Below, piece by piece: positions 39,831-52,950 of a DNA stretch of 64,000 bases. Position numbers and translations under genes: made by a program. The notes under the pieces were generated by a model, which was given only the letters and a program-made list of their open reading frames with translations, made no database searches and was not told the DNA's origin. The DNA is from Epiperipatus broadwayi (lineage: Eukaryota; Animalia; Onychophora), in the NCBI GenBank assembly GCA_028023455.1, contig JAQFVV010000003.1:13640001-13704000 (forward strand), written 5' to 3'. The stretch's first letter is position 1. Each line of letters begins with the position of its first letter.

Positions 39831-41269
39831 GGATACTTAAATATTATCCTGACACCCAAGTTTGGTAGCCATATTTTTGATTATACATTTTCAGGGGCTT
39901 CCAATAAATATTGAAAATAAAACGGTTGCCAAGAAACTGTGTTTAATATTTACCTTTTTTTTTTGTTATTATTATAAAAATAAAAAAAGTTATACAAAAG
40001 TACAACAATTAATTCTAATTAAAATAAATTTAATAATTTAAACTGCAGTAAACAAAATAAACATTTTTAAAAAAGAATTATTCATGTTGGGAGCCTGAAA
40101 TCCCCAATGGCTTGCAAAATCACCACAAGTGCATCTTCTACTTTGTGCAATCACAGCCACATAAATTTGCTAAATAGGAATCCAGTTGTTATTATGCAGT
40201 TCCTCTGTGATTTTTGTTTCATCATTTGACCTGACCCGATAGTCTTTATGTGTTTTGCATATGCATGCCAGTATCCGGATTCATAAAGTTATATCTGTGA
40301 TTTACCTTTAAATGTTCAAATCCAGCATTGCATAATTCATCAGTTTTATAAGCCTTCCAACAATCAAAATAAATAATAGATTCATTGATGACATTTTTTT
40401 GATTGCATCCATAAAAATAGGTGCTGTTATACCTGAAACAGCTGCAATGAAGCACTCGCTTATTTCTTTGCACAAGACATTGAATAACCACTGTGATGGA
40501 AGTATTCTTCCCTGTTGTGCTTTTTGTTTGCTCAAAATTTTTTAGTCAATTTTGTCTATTTTGCTAGGTTCTGATTTTGCATGGGGGTCTAAATAAAAGA
40601 CTGTAGGTACAAACTTCTTACAGATAGTTGTTCCAATCAATAACTGTATTGTCAGACAAATTTAACTGCTTTTTCTCCCATTCAATTGGCATTAATTCAC
40701 TATACAAGCTACAAATGAATAAGTGTAGTTGGAAATGAAATTTTGGAACTCTCTAACCATGTTCCTTTCTGAATGGATATTTGGTTATAACAAGTTTTCA
40801 GATTGCATCGTTATTGTAGGCCTGGTAAAATCCAACATCAAGTCCATTGTTAACAGACTTTTCAGGAGAGCAGGATCCTGTACCTTTGGAAATACTCCAC
40901 TGCATGGTCTTCTGTCAATGGAAGATCCCAAACTTTAATCATTTTGCAAAAATGATAGTGAAAAGAACAAATATGCTGAACGTAAAAAAAATCATAACAA
41001 TGTTTTGGAACATGTTAGCATTAATGTTATAATATATATAAAAAAATTTAATAAAACCTTATGAAGGAAATTTATAATAAATTTATTGATATTTTTAAAG
41101 TTAATAGAAATTTCTAATTTCATTTATTAATATTTTTTTAAATGTAACAATTAACATATATTTGGTAAAATAAAATTGGAAATAAATAAACAAATACTTG
41201 TATACCCTAGAAAATGTATAATTAAAAAAAAAGGGCTACCAAGCTTGAGTGACAAAATATGTAAGTACC
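39831..41269 (-). mobile_element. Merlin (IS1016/IS1595-like) DNA transposon remnant inserted in the Gypsy LTR
   Basis: Frameshifted transposase GRILPSQWLF..CFI and DCWKAYKTDELCNAGFEHLKVNHRYNFMNPDTG (ORFs 40246-40491, 40308-40535). Imperfect ~40-bp TIRs GGATACTTAAATATT..CAAGTTTGGTAGCC and GGCTACCAAGCTTG..AATATGTAAGTACC. TSD too eroded to call. Confidence 0.85.
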
Positions 41270-43942
41270 TTAATTACAATGAATTCAACAATCTTCAACA
41301 TAAATAGCTAACACTTGTTAGCTAAATGCAATATGTACAATTACTTAAAATACCCCCTCAATAGAAGACTCCATTTCGAAATCTTTAGCTGCGAACAAAT
41401 GTATATGTAAGCCAATCCATCTACTAGATGATGCTTTGTCAGCAATGCTATGCCTCTATCATATTCTTGTGGTTGCTTTGGCTTTTAAAACTGCTCTGGT
41501 CTCATATTCTATATTACTATTTACATTATCTATCAAAAAATGCCAATTTCATTTACTAATTATTATCTGCTCACAATTTCACAATTGATAATAGACAAGC
41601 TCATTCTTTGCATTTCTTAAAATTAATAATTAAGTACATTCCTCACATTCTTTAATGATTGCAGAATAATTAGTTACAATATATATATAATTTTTAATAT
41701 ATAAATTTTTACTTTTAATTATCTATGCTGCATTTTTGTAATTCTATTTTCTTTATGTATATACTTTTGCCATCTTTCACTCCAGAAAACTACATGTTTC
41801 ATTGGAATCCTATATATAATCTTTTAGATATGCAGCTAGAAAGTGATTTCTGCAACTAAAACTATTTTTTCTTGGTAATCCAGAGTCTGCTTCTTTATCC
41901 GTAGGTCATCTGAATCTTCAGTTTAATCCTTTGACTTATTAATCTGAAAAAAAGAAAAATTCTTGTTCCCTAGTGTCTTTATTCTGGATGATACAACCTC
42001 AGAGGTTTTGCTGTCATGTTCAGTATTTGTATCAGTCCAGTTTTTTAGGAGATGGTTTATATACTGCTTGTTTGTACCTCCACTATTTGCTCTGAAATTA
42101 CTTTAGCTGGTTTCCCTTCTATCCATAACTTGTGTAAGCCTTTAAGTAACCCAGACTCTTTCTGCAGCAGCAGAAATGTTTTTGTCCTGATTTTCTTGAA
42201 CAGGGATGATCATGGATATCTTGCTTTGAAGCTTCCTATCCATGAATATTTCTGAGAGTGATTTCATTGGTAGCATTAGATGGCACAATATGTTAGTGCA
42301 GTGAGGAAACATTTATAGTTTCTTGCATCTTATTATAGTTTCTAATTTATTTAAACTCTGCTTTAAATGCTGCATAACTTTTTCTATCATTAAATTTTTT
42401 GGTAATCCATGACATATACAAAGATTTCACCTTGTATGTGTATAGTTTCTAAAAATGTCATATTTTCACTAGTTTATGTTCTATTCACTTGAAATAAGCA
42501 ACAATTAAGATCTGAAAGATTTGGCCTATGGAAGGGCCAGCATTGTCTATGTGCATATAGTTGTTTTTGATTGTGACATGTATTTAATTGGCTACACATT
42601 TGCTGCAGTTTGACACAGTTTACATTTTCTGATATGTGTTTCAATATCTGTGCCAATACCTACCACCAAACATAGCTGTGCACAAAGTTATGACTTTAAG
42701 TGTGCCAGGTTAATCCTGGTGAAGAATTTTTAGTATTTGAGGGATCCATTAGGTGGGACTAATACTTTATCCCCTACTATTATACAATCTTTGACAGTCG
42801 ATAATTGTTGGTGCATACTCCACAAAGATTTATAAAGGTATACGGGCTATATACTAAGGCATCCCTTAATCAAGTTCATCCAATTACTAATAATTTTACT
42901 GTTTACTAATTTCGATTTCCAATGGTCCAAATAATTTACTACTATTTTGTTCTTTGTTTTCCATTAGGTTAAGTATGCATGATAAGGTGTCCACATGCTT
43001 AATTTGGCTGCCTTTCAGTAATTAAAGTTCATTCTGTTAATAAGTTGGAGCAGCACATTATCCATAAACTTAAATAACTTGGAGAGGCTTTTCTGTAATT
43101 TTCTAATAGCTGTGATTATTGCTAATGCCTTCTTATTCACTTGGCTGTAATTTTTTCCAGCTTTTGACAAGGTTCTCAACATGAATGCTATTGGGCATTC
43201 ACCTCTATATGATGGATGACTAAGATCCACTACAATCCCAAAATCTGATGTGTCCATAGTTAAGGTTTACATCTGGACTATTGTTAAAATGAATTAGTAG
43301 GCTGCTTGAGGTCAGAAGTATATTTGTTTTATGATATGACTTTCCTGTGGCTTCTCCCAACTCCATCATTGATCAAAAAATTTGAAGTAATTCATATAAG
43401 GAAGTGACCACATGATTTTATCTCTTAAAAAATTTTCAAAAAAGTTTATTAATCCTAAAAAAAGCCTGTAATTTTTTAACATTTCTAGATAATTGAGCAA
43501 TCGCAATTTCTCTCAGTGTCAGATTTGATCCCTGCACTGGAAATGTCATGGCCTATAAACTTGATTTCCATTGCATTCCAAAGGCATTTTTCTAGATTAA
43601 GCATAGCTCCAATTTTTTCAAGTTATTCACAGATTTTAACTAATTTATCATATAGTTCTTTTTCTGAAATCATTATAAGTGTATCATTAATATATGAAAT
43701 TACTCCATCTAAAGTTTCTAAAAGAAAAAATGTTGGGGATGATGGTTACCTTATAAGAAAAATGATTATATTTAAACAACCTTTTATGAATTGTAATAAT
43801 CAAAAGCACTGTTGCATCTTTCAATACTGATGAAATCTGTCATTTAAATTCAGCTTACCTGAAAAATGTTGATTCATCAAGACTAGCTAATATCTCAATT
43901 TCACTTAAAACGGAGTATTGACTTTTGTCCATGATCTTATTT

Positions 43943-44017
43943 CTGTTATACTATAGTCTCTGCATATATGGATATAACTGTTATACTATAGTCTCTGCAT
44001 ATATGGATATAACTGTT
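43943..44017. repeat. Perfect 35-bp tandem duplication
   Basis: CTGTTATACTATAGTCTCTGCATATATGGATATAA twice, starting at 43943 and 43978. Confidence 0.95.
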
Positions 44018-44377
44018 GTGTTATGACCACTGTAAGAATGGCCCACTTGGCCTCTTCAATCAGCACATTAATATCTCTTTTTTCATTAGAATGCCTAAAA
44101 CTCCTCAACTCTTGTATAAATGGTAACTTTCTTAGTTTATAGTAGATGGCTTAATTCCTTTCCCAACTGCTACTTCAATTGGTGTGACATTAATTTACCT
44201 TGCTCAGACCTGGATAATTTAAGTAAATTTTAATGTCTAACAGAGTGAACCATTTCCTAGCTGCTACAGGACCAAGTTATCTTTAACTATATACAGGTCT
44301 AGCCTTTCCTGTTACTTAATGCTGCCACTACAAATTTATGGAGTTTCTGTTTGCATTTTTAGGTTTTAGCTCCAATT

Positions 44378-44472
44378 TTGCTATTTTAGACAATCTTTAA
44401 GCTTTTTACTTATTATAAACCAATCTTCTTGCTATTTTAGACAATCTTTAATCTTTTTACTTATTATAAACC
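44378..44472. repeat. 51-bp tandem duplication
   Basis: TTGCTATTTTAGACAATCTTTAA..TTTTTACTTATTATAAACC starting at 44378 and 44429. Confidence 0.9.
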
Positions 44473-45399
44473 TATCTTTCTGAGGCATGATAGATACCCA
44501 GGTCCACTATCTATCTGCATTTAGATGAAGCTATCACAGACATGCACTATTAGCATTATTTACTGACAATTATCAATATAAATCTTATTGATTTTAGTAA
44601 CGCTTTCTAATTTCCTAGCACTTATAGATTTTTTATTTATACCCTTTATAATTTTTTTGAGTGGCAGATCTTTGCTAAATACTGGTTCTACCATAGTTAT
44701 TGTATTTTGCTCCTTTCCAGTTGGGTGCCATAAACCCAAGCCTTCTGCAATGGTAGCATTTAATTTTTATTTTTTTGTGATACTTCAGCCTTAGTTGTTT
44801 TAAAGATGGTTGTTTTCTGGTAGCCCTTTTTCAGTTGATCATTGAAACACTTTAGCATAACATAAGACAGGGTAGGGGTTAACTAATAACTGTTGTCAAA
44901 GTAGATCATTGGTCATCTTCCACAAGAAATGTTCTAGCAATATTTCTTCAAGATAGTCCCACATGCACAACTTTAATGCAGGTAAGATATGTGTTTTGAT
45001 GAGTCAGAATTAAAGTGATTGTTCAGTCACTTGTTTACATCACTATAATAATAATTTTTCAGGGTCTACGGGATTGCACACCTCTGAAAAATAGTAATGT
45101 GCTTTTCATCATATCATCCTCAATTTTATTAATAATAAAATATTTGTCTATATGCTTTGTGTAAATAGACTCATGAGGGAGTATTACTATCAAATTCATC
45201 TAACCTAATTATGCTGTTACCATATTTTCTAATCTTGCTGACCACGATGTTAGCTCAACTATGACTGTACCAGATTATATACTGTCAGAACTCTCAAAAC
45301 AATCATGACCAAGGCAAGAATCTAAATTAGTAAAATAGAATTGATAAACTAAATAAAGATCTCCATGAGTTCAGTAAACTAAATTACATATATAATTGT

Positions 45400-45625
45400 T
45401 AACTATATTAAATACAACAACCTTCAACATAAGTAATTAACATTTGTTGGCTAAGCATAATATGTACAATTATTTATAATACCATATCTGTATAACCACA
45501 GACTTACCAAAACAATAATTAAGACTATGGTAACTATATTAAATACAACAATCGTCAACATAAGTAACTAACATTTGTTATCTAAGCATAATATGTACAA
45601 TTATTTATAATACCATATCAATATA
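45400..45625. repeat. ~130-bp tandem duplication within the right Gypsy LTR
   Basis: AACTATATTAAATACAACAA..TCAACATAAGTAA..AATATGTACAATTATTTATAATACCATATC occurs twice here, but once in the left LTR. Confidence 0.85.
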
Positions 45626-48600
45626 GCCTTAGGCTTAAATCAAAACAGTAATTAAGACTGTGGTAGCCTATAAGAGGCTTTAAATCCCACTTTGAAATCT
45701 TCAGCTGGGGTTAAGTAGGTATTAAAGCCAACCCATCTGCTAGGTGATGCATCGTAAACAATGCTAGGTCTCTTCTTGTGGTTGCTTTGACTTTTAATTG
45801 CTCTCTGGAGTAATTTACAGTTATTATTAATTAATTATTGTTATCTCCTCACAATTGATAGTTAATGGATAAGTTCATTTCTTGCATTCCTAAATTACTA
45901 TACAATTAATTATAACACTTAAAATTTTAAATGTATAATTATTACTATAAATTTATTTACATTTAAATATTTGCACTGCATTTTTTGTAATTCTATTTTT
46001 TCCAATTCTATAATTAGATTATATTTTAAAAAAGAATATTTAGTTTTATGTTAGTACAAAATAAAGAGGAGTTTTATAAATAAATAAAAATGTGCATTAA
46101 CAAAATATTTTATCTGACCATTAGAATGTTATATATATATCTAAACTAAATAAGATCTTTAATTAAAAAATTACAAAATAAATCAGCAAATTAAAAAAAC
46201 TATGTGCATTTAACCTAGGACTCTTATTTCAGTTTTTGCCAAGCACAATTATTGCAGAGTTTGAAAATTTAGTGAAAGGAGAAACAAGATATGGGAGCTA
46301 TCTGTCTTCTAAAGTGAGATGTGGAAAATCTTAAAAGTCATTTCATCTATATTACCATTTTCTTAATTCTATAATCAAGTAGAGTAGTTATAAAATTTAA
46401 ATAGTCAAATATATAGCACTGTTTTTGAATTTTATTCATATTATATTAAATATACATTTATCTATAAGCGATGGGTCTTTATGCTAAGATTCACCATAGC
46501 AATCATCATCACTCTGTATCTATTATTTCATTTCACGATCACTTATTCACTATTATAACCTTTTTTAAAAAAATTTATACTTTTTTAAAATAACTGCCAT
46601 TTTGTAAGATTGATGACATCATAGGATAGTCACTTCCCTAATGTCACATTATCAGAAAATAAAATGATGTTGATACTAAAAATATATAATGCAATGCAGA
46701 ATTTATTCCTTATACAATATACAATAATTGTTTTGAATATAAAATTAAAATACAGTTAATGTATTTTATCTGATTTTCAGTGATATTCTTGCAAGACAGT
46801 CAGTCCTTTCATTTATGATATATCCAAAGTCGAAAAGATTTCCATGTTAATGATTTCAAAAGCAAAAAAAAAAAAATGCTAATTTCATTTTGTACAGTAA
46901 GTAATCAAAAATATATTGTGAACACATAGTAAATTTTAAAATGTGTACATTAGATAAAATACTTTTACTCAATCAATATTCTGGATTAAAATTTTTATAA
47001 ATGTTATTTTGCTTGTGACAAAAATTACATTAATCATAATTATAAAATATTATATATCATAATATGGAAATTATTGAGAAGCAAAAAAAATAATTTAATA
47101 CATTATGCAATTAATAATCAACTTTATATGATCAAAGTTTACTAAACATAAATTAAAAATGCAATTTATTTACTCAAATTTAAATTAATAATCTCATAAT
47201 TTGTTTCTGATAACAGCAACTGTTAAAAAAAAATACAACTTCAGTATCAGCAAAAAAAAAAAAGTTAATCATTTAGATTATTAAAGCTTCAATAATCAAC
47301 TGCACATTTCATCTCTTTATCAAATTTTTATTTAATTTTATTACATTTATATAAAATAAATGTAATTCACAATCTTATTTTTTTAAAAAAAATTAACATC
47401 TATGCTGTTAATTACAAAAATAAAAAAACTTTGATAAAATGCATCAAAAATAATTTTTTAAATGTTTTGTTGCAATTTTTTTTTCTTGAAGCTTTATTTT
47501 AATGTAATAAATTGTGAATTAGAAAATATTCTCATGCTATTTATGAAGCAAAATGGAGGATTGTCAATGAAAAATATATACATATTTTAAAAATTATAAC
47601 TAACAAAATGTTTTATACAGTATATTTTCTCACAGGTTAATAATTTTTAAAAAAATAATATTCTTAGTAAAATGTTTATTTTTAATTAATATTTTGTCCA
47701 ATTTAAGCTTTAATTTTTAATCAATTTTTTATATATCTTGAATATAAAGTAACAAATTATTTTTTTCCTTATAGGAATCCATTTGTAATGGTTTATTTTT
47801 TATATGAGGTTTTTGATTTTTGGGGTGCCAATTGTCTTTGCTAACCAGGGTAAAGATGTATTCTGAATTACTATTTATTGTCTCTAACAATAATCAATAA
47901 ATGATGATATTTAACCTTCATGCATATATTTATTTGTTCATTTGTTTTTATCTTTTGAAAGTTAAATTTACACCAATTATTTATAAGACACATAAACTAA
48001 AATTTGTCTAACAAAAAAAACTGAGGAAGTTCTGAGAGAATTAATCAAAAAAAATATTAACATCTATTGAAGAATCATATTTGGCCAAGTTATCATCAAT
48101 AATCACAAAGACTAATAGAAAAATTCAAATTTTCAGCAATTACTGCCACACTATATAAAGAAAAATTGAACAAAATACTTAATTTGTATTGAATTCAAGA
48201 GAAATACTTGGACTATTACAAATTATCATATTTTGTAAAACTGAATTTAAATATGGCATTCCATTAGATTTCTGTTAGCAAAATATGATGCAAATCATAT
48301 GCACTAATTATTCTACTATAATTACTTTTTTTTTTGAAAAACTACAACACTGAATGTTTTAGGTCCAGATGAATACCCTATTCCAAAAATAAATATATCT
48401 TAAGCAATGCTAGATGAGGATGCTGTAATAATTTTAATTATTATTATCGTTATTAAATACCATTAAACTGACATCAGTTATTAGTAATTATATAAATGAC
48501 ATTTCTCCAGAATTGCCTACCATTCAAAATTTTCTCATTTACTTCACTTGCTGGCAATCTTTTTCTTCTTCACTTTCATCATTTCCAAGCATTATACATT

Positions 48601-49716
48601 TTGCTAATAAATTAGATCATATCATAAGAAGATCAAATAAAAATAACTTCAACCTATTCATTAGTATTTCAAGTGAAAATCTAGAACTAAGTTAAACAAA
48701 TATCTACTTTTTCTCTTAATTTCAAGTCTTCAGAAGTATGTAATTCAATGAGATCCTTACATCTAATAATCTTTTTCATTAATGTACAATTTTTGCATCT
48801 ATTGAAAATTATATGAAGTACTACAGCTTTATTATTCAAGATATGTCTCCACAATAATAATCATCTTTAAAAACAATAGCAACAGTAAAACTTAAACTGC
48901 AGAGAAATGTAAAATTGCATAATGTATATCCATAAGAGGATAGGTATAAGCAATTAATAATTACTGTGGGCATTAAAATGTAAAATTGCATAGCTGGGCT
49001 GTCAATTCAGAATATCTTTGTCGAACTAGATTAAAATTTAACACAAAAACTATTAATATATATATTCATCACAAATTAAAATATCAGTTCTTGTTGAACA
49101 GAATGTTATTGATTCTCACATTAATAACATATTTTGCATTTATTATTTGAAGTCTCTTTAATATTATATTTTTATTATTTCCCTTCAGTGATAAATGATT
49201 TTAGCAATAACAGATTTAAACAAATGACTGATCTCTTTTTATGTTAAAAATATACAAAATAATGTACAGTAATTGTTGATATCTTAATGTACAGTACTTG
49301 TTATCTTTAAATTTATTCATATCTCTCGTAATATTTAGCATGACAAACCTGGCAATTTCAGAGCATATACCAACAATGGCCTGCCTTTATTCTCAATTTA
49401 GCCTTTAGAATTAGTAATGAATCTGTTTTTTAATAGAAAACTTTGGAAACGCAAATTCTTTATTCATATTTATTTTTCTGTAACAACAGTATGTTGGATA
49501 TTTAAACTCACAAGTTTTTAATAGATATCTTTTTTTTTTTTAAATTTTTATATTTGCCATTTTTTATTTGCCTATCAAATATATTTTTAGAAAACCAATT
49601 CTGATCAAATCATTTGTATCATTTCTCTACATTAATTTTCTTATCAGCTAGGAAATTGTAGAGTTGTAAATAAAAAAGCTTTCAATCCTGCCATTTTATA
49701 ATGAATTTTAATATTA

Positions 49717-49906
49717 TATGATCACCATTTCTTATGCTCACAGATCTAAAGCTCCCCATTGATGAAAGCCACAAGCTACAAACTAGTCTGGGGAAATCGG
49801 ATGAGTAGGCACTAGATAGGAATTTTATGCACAAGCCTTATAGCATCCATTGATTACTCTGGCTTGCACTGAGTGGCACTATTGTATGGAGAGTTTTGCC
49901 TATTTT
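49717..49906. mobile_element. 190-bp family-A insertion with mutated hammerhead
   Basis: Reverse-complemented tail (ATGATCACCATTTCTTATGCT) then sense arm with CCCCA-TTGATGA-AAGC-CACAA-GCTA-CAA-ACTAGT-C/TGGGG (49754-49793); perfect 13-bp TSD AATTTTAATATTA (49704-49716, 49907-49919). Confidence 0.85.
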
Positions 49907-49964
49907 AATTTTAATATTAAATAACCAAAAAAAAAAAAAAAAAGCTGAATTTAAAAGTGGTATC

Positions 49965-51095
49965 AGTATAGGGGGGATCATACCCAAGTATTGAGAGAAA
50001 TTATAAAAACAATCAATAAATATGAGTTGCCATTATGCTTTGGATTTGCAGATTATGAAAAGGCATTTGATTCTATAAGAATTTATTCGGTGATTAAAGC
50101 ATTGGATCATCAAGGTACAGACTCAGAATATTATTATATTATGAAGAATATTTATAAAAATGCAACAATAACAATTAGATTACATAATATACTAGGAATA
50201 TTAACACTGAGAAGGGTGTGTGAAGCATGACTCCATATCTCCAAAACTTTTTACAGTACTTTTGCAAAAATTATTTTGTGAATTAAAATGGGAAGCTAAG
50301 GAAGTAAAAGTAAATAGAGATTATTTAAGTCATCTAGATTTTGAAGATGATATAATTGTTTTTGCAAATAATGCTTTAGGGTTTCAGAAAATGTTGCAAG
50401 AGTTATCAGATGAAAGTAAGGAAGTAGGATTAAAGATAAATATTATAAAAAGACTAAAGTAATGTTCAATGGTTTTTCTCAAAAAAGAAAATAAAAATTG
50501 ATAATGATAATTTTAGAAGAAATTAACAACTAAAGTCACATTATTATTAAAGATGGAAACATAATGGATAAAACCAATTATAGAATTAAAACTGGGTTGA
50601 AGTGTTTGATAGAAATAACAATATTAAAAAAAAAATTATTAAAGAAGAAATATGCCTATGTGTTTGAAAAGGAAGATTTTTAATAAATGTGTCTAACCAG
50701 TTCTTACTTAATATGGATCTGAGACTTGGACACTTAACAGAAGAGCAATACAGAGACTTCAGATCACTCAATGAAGTATGGTGAAATACATGATAGAAAT
50801 ACCAACAAGAGATTGAAAATGCAATATATGAGTAAGAGACAAACAGGTGTTACTGACACCACTTAATGAATTAAGAGATTGAAGTGGAATTGGGCTAGAC
50901 ATATTTCTATAAGAAACGATAATAGATGGACAGTTAAAATCTCAAACTGGATTCCAAGAAATTTGTACAAGTTTTAGAAAGAAACCACATGTGAGATGGA
51001 TGATTGAAATAGGAAAGTATGTTGGGCAGTTGTGAAGAAGAATGGGTAGAGATCAGAAAAGAACTTTATCATGAAGTGAATCAATAATAGTCAAA
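49965..51095 (+). mobile_element. Degenerate 5'-truncated RTE-clade LINE
   Basis: ORFs 49991-50230 (FADYEKAFDSI) and 50220-50462 (ISPKLF..HLDFEDDIIVF..GLKIN); 3' part homologous to 32592-33340. Confidence 0.9.
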
Positions 51096-51159
51096 GATAT
51101 GATAAATAATAATTGAATTGTTTATTGTTCATGAATTTATAAGAAGTTCAAGCATTGGG

Positions 51160-51226
51160 AGATACACAGGTAGATTGTAATCCACAAATCTTGAACTCCA
51201 GAGTCTGCCACTCTACCAATGCACCA
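51160..51226 (-). mobile_element. tRNA-derived SINE head
   Basis: Minus strand TGGTGCATTGGTAGAGTGGCAGACTCTGGAGTTCAAGATTTGTGGATTACAATC with an A-box-like start. Confidence 0.55.
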
Positions 51227-51939
51227 AAAACATACAAATATTAAACATTAAATGAATAAGCTTAGGAGAAGCACACACAAAATATCAGCAATATATTTAG
51301 TATATATGATTATATTATTTAGATTTAAAACAGGTTGAACATCTTTTTTTCAAAGCAGGCAACACCTTATGTACGAACACCACTAATTAATAATCCCAAG
51401 TGCCAGTCTGCAACCACTGCAAATTTATCTCACTAAATGTGGCATATAAATAATTTTTTATCCATTAAAAACATCTATAATAAATTGGATTCTTCCATAA
51501 TGCTATGTTCCAAAAAATCCAGAATAATGGTTTATGGACCAAATTCTATTTACTGAGCCACAGAGATCAATGACACCAAAGGAAGACATTCTAAATTTAT
51601 CATTGATTTTAAAAACTTTTATTTTAGTGATGAAATTTTATTTTCATGCTTCCAAATCTAACTCATTCTGAATCTATTCTTTTTATGGTACATCATAATA
51701 ATAGGCTTGTTCAAAGTCAATCATAAACTTAAAAGTAGGTAATAGTTGCTGAAGATATGGTTTAAGATTATTGAGGTTGGATATGCCACATTTAATGAGA
51801 TTACTTTGCACTGGCTACAAGCTGGTCCATGAGATTATCAATTAGTAGTGTTATCTATAATTTAGATGTTGCCTCTATAGAAAAAGAAATGTAAACTGTT
51901 TTAAATTTAAATAATAATAACATAATATGTTAGGATGCA

Positions 51940-52009
51940 TTATTCCGAAACTTATTCAGTTACTGTTTAATAATTTATTCCGAAACTTATTCAGTTACTG
52001 TTTAATAAT
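51940..52009. repeat. Perfect 35-bp tandem duplication
   Basis: TTATTCCGAAACTTATTCAGTTACTGTTTAATAAT twice, starting at 51940 and 51975. Confidence 0.95.
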
Positions 52010-52365
52010 TTAAATAAAATTACTGAAATCAGTGAGTCAAAAAAGATGAAGATATTAATAAATCTATTAAATTTTTAGATTCAAAGTTAAAAAGGCAAGA
52101 CAAAGTTATCAATTATTGGATGTGCATAAAATTGTTGAGTAAAACATTCCATTTTGCTTTAAAAGAGCATGATTGAAAGCTTTATATTGAAATGGTCAGT
52201 TTCATCCATCTGCCCATTTCACTTATTTTACCCACACATCTATCCATATGCCAGGTTTGAACTCTCTCAGAGTACCAATTTAAATAACATTAAATTATTA
52301 TGTGTGCAGAATCACATATATATATATGCGAGCGGTATGTCTGTAGTTTAATAGCATAGGTATAG

Positions 52366-52508
52366 ATTACAGATATGTATCCATTTTATAAATATTTCTA
52401 ATTTAAGAAATATTTTAGTTTAAATTATTATGTTATTGGTATATATTACAGATATGTATATTTATTTTATAAATATTTCTAGTTTAAGAAATATTTTAGT
52501 TAAATTAT
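52366..52508. repeat. 79-bp-period tandem duplication
   Basis: ATTACAGATATGTAT..TTTTATAAATATTTCTA.TTTAAGAAATATTTTAGTT starting at 52366 and 52445. Confidence 0.85.
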
Positions 52509-52950
52509 TTAGCCAATTTTATTGATGTATTATTGAAATCACATACGTATATTTCCTGTTATTCTGCACGTATGGTTATAAAATTAGTCTTCTACTAATT
52601 AAGAAAGTAACTTTGTCAAAATAACATTTCATTTTTGGTAAACAATTTTTGAAGTAGGTCATGCATTGGTCCTAAAATAGTGTGGACTTGATTCGGTAAA
52701 TATAAAATGTTAATAACAAAATAACGCAGGAAAACAAAATATCAATTAGTTGTCATAATTAAAAATGTTTTTCTAAAATAAATAAATGAATTTTCTACTA
52801 GTTGTAACTATTAAATATGTTTGCTAAAATAAATAAATGGTCTTTTAGCTATGGACAAGCTCATAAAAATTTACAGCTGGCCAGAGTTTAAAAAGTATAA
52901 ATACTTAAAGTTTTGTTGCCAAGAATTGATCATATATATAATAAGTGAGT

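Larger units (their letters stand above)
39698..46012 (-). mobile_element. Degenerate Gypsy LTR retrotransposon with both LTRs
   Basis: Homologous direct repeats ~39698-41763 (split by Merlin) and ~45276-46012. gag N-terminus LDEFDSNT..HIDKYFIINKIEDD (~45100-45220); RT remnants ~43450-43900; RNase H ORF 43015-43257 (DTSDFGI..PIAFMLRTLSKAGKNYSQVNKKALAII); integrase remnants ~42400-42900. PBS-like TGGTACAGTCATAG (45259-45272); purine tract on minus at ~41764-41783. Confidence 0.85.
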
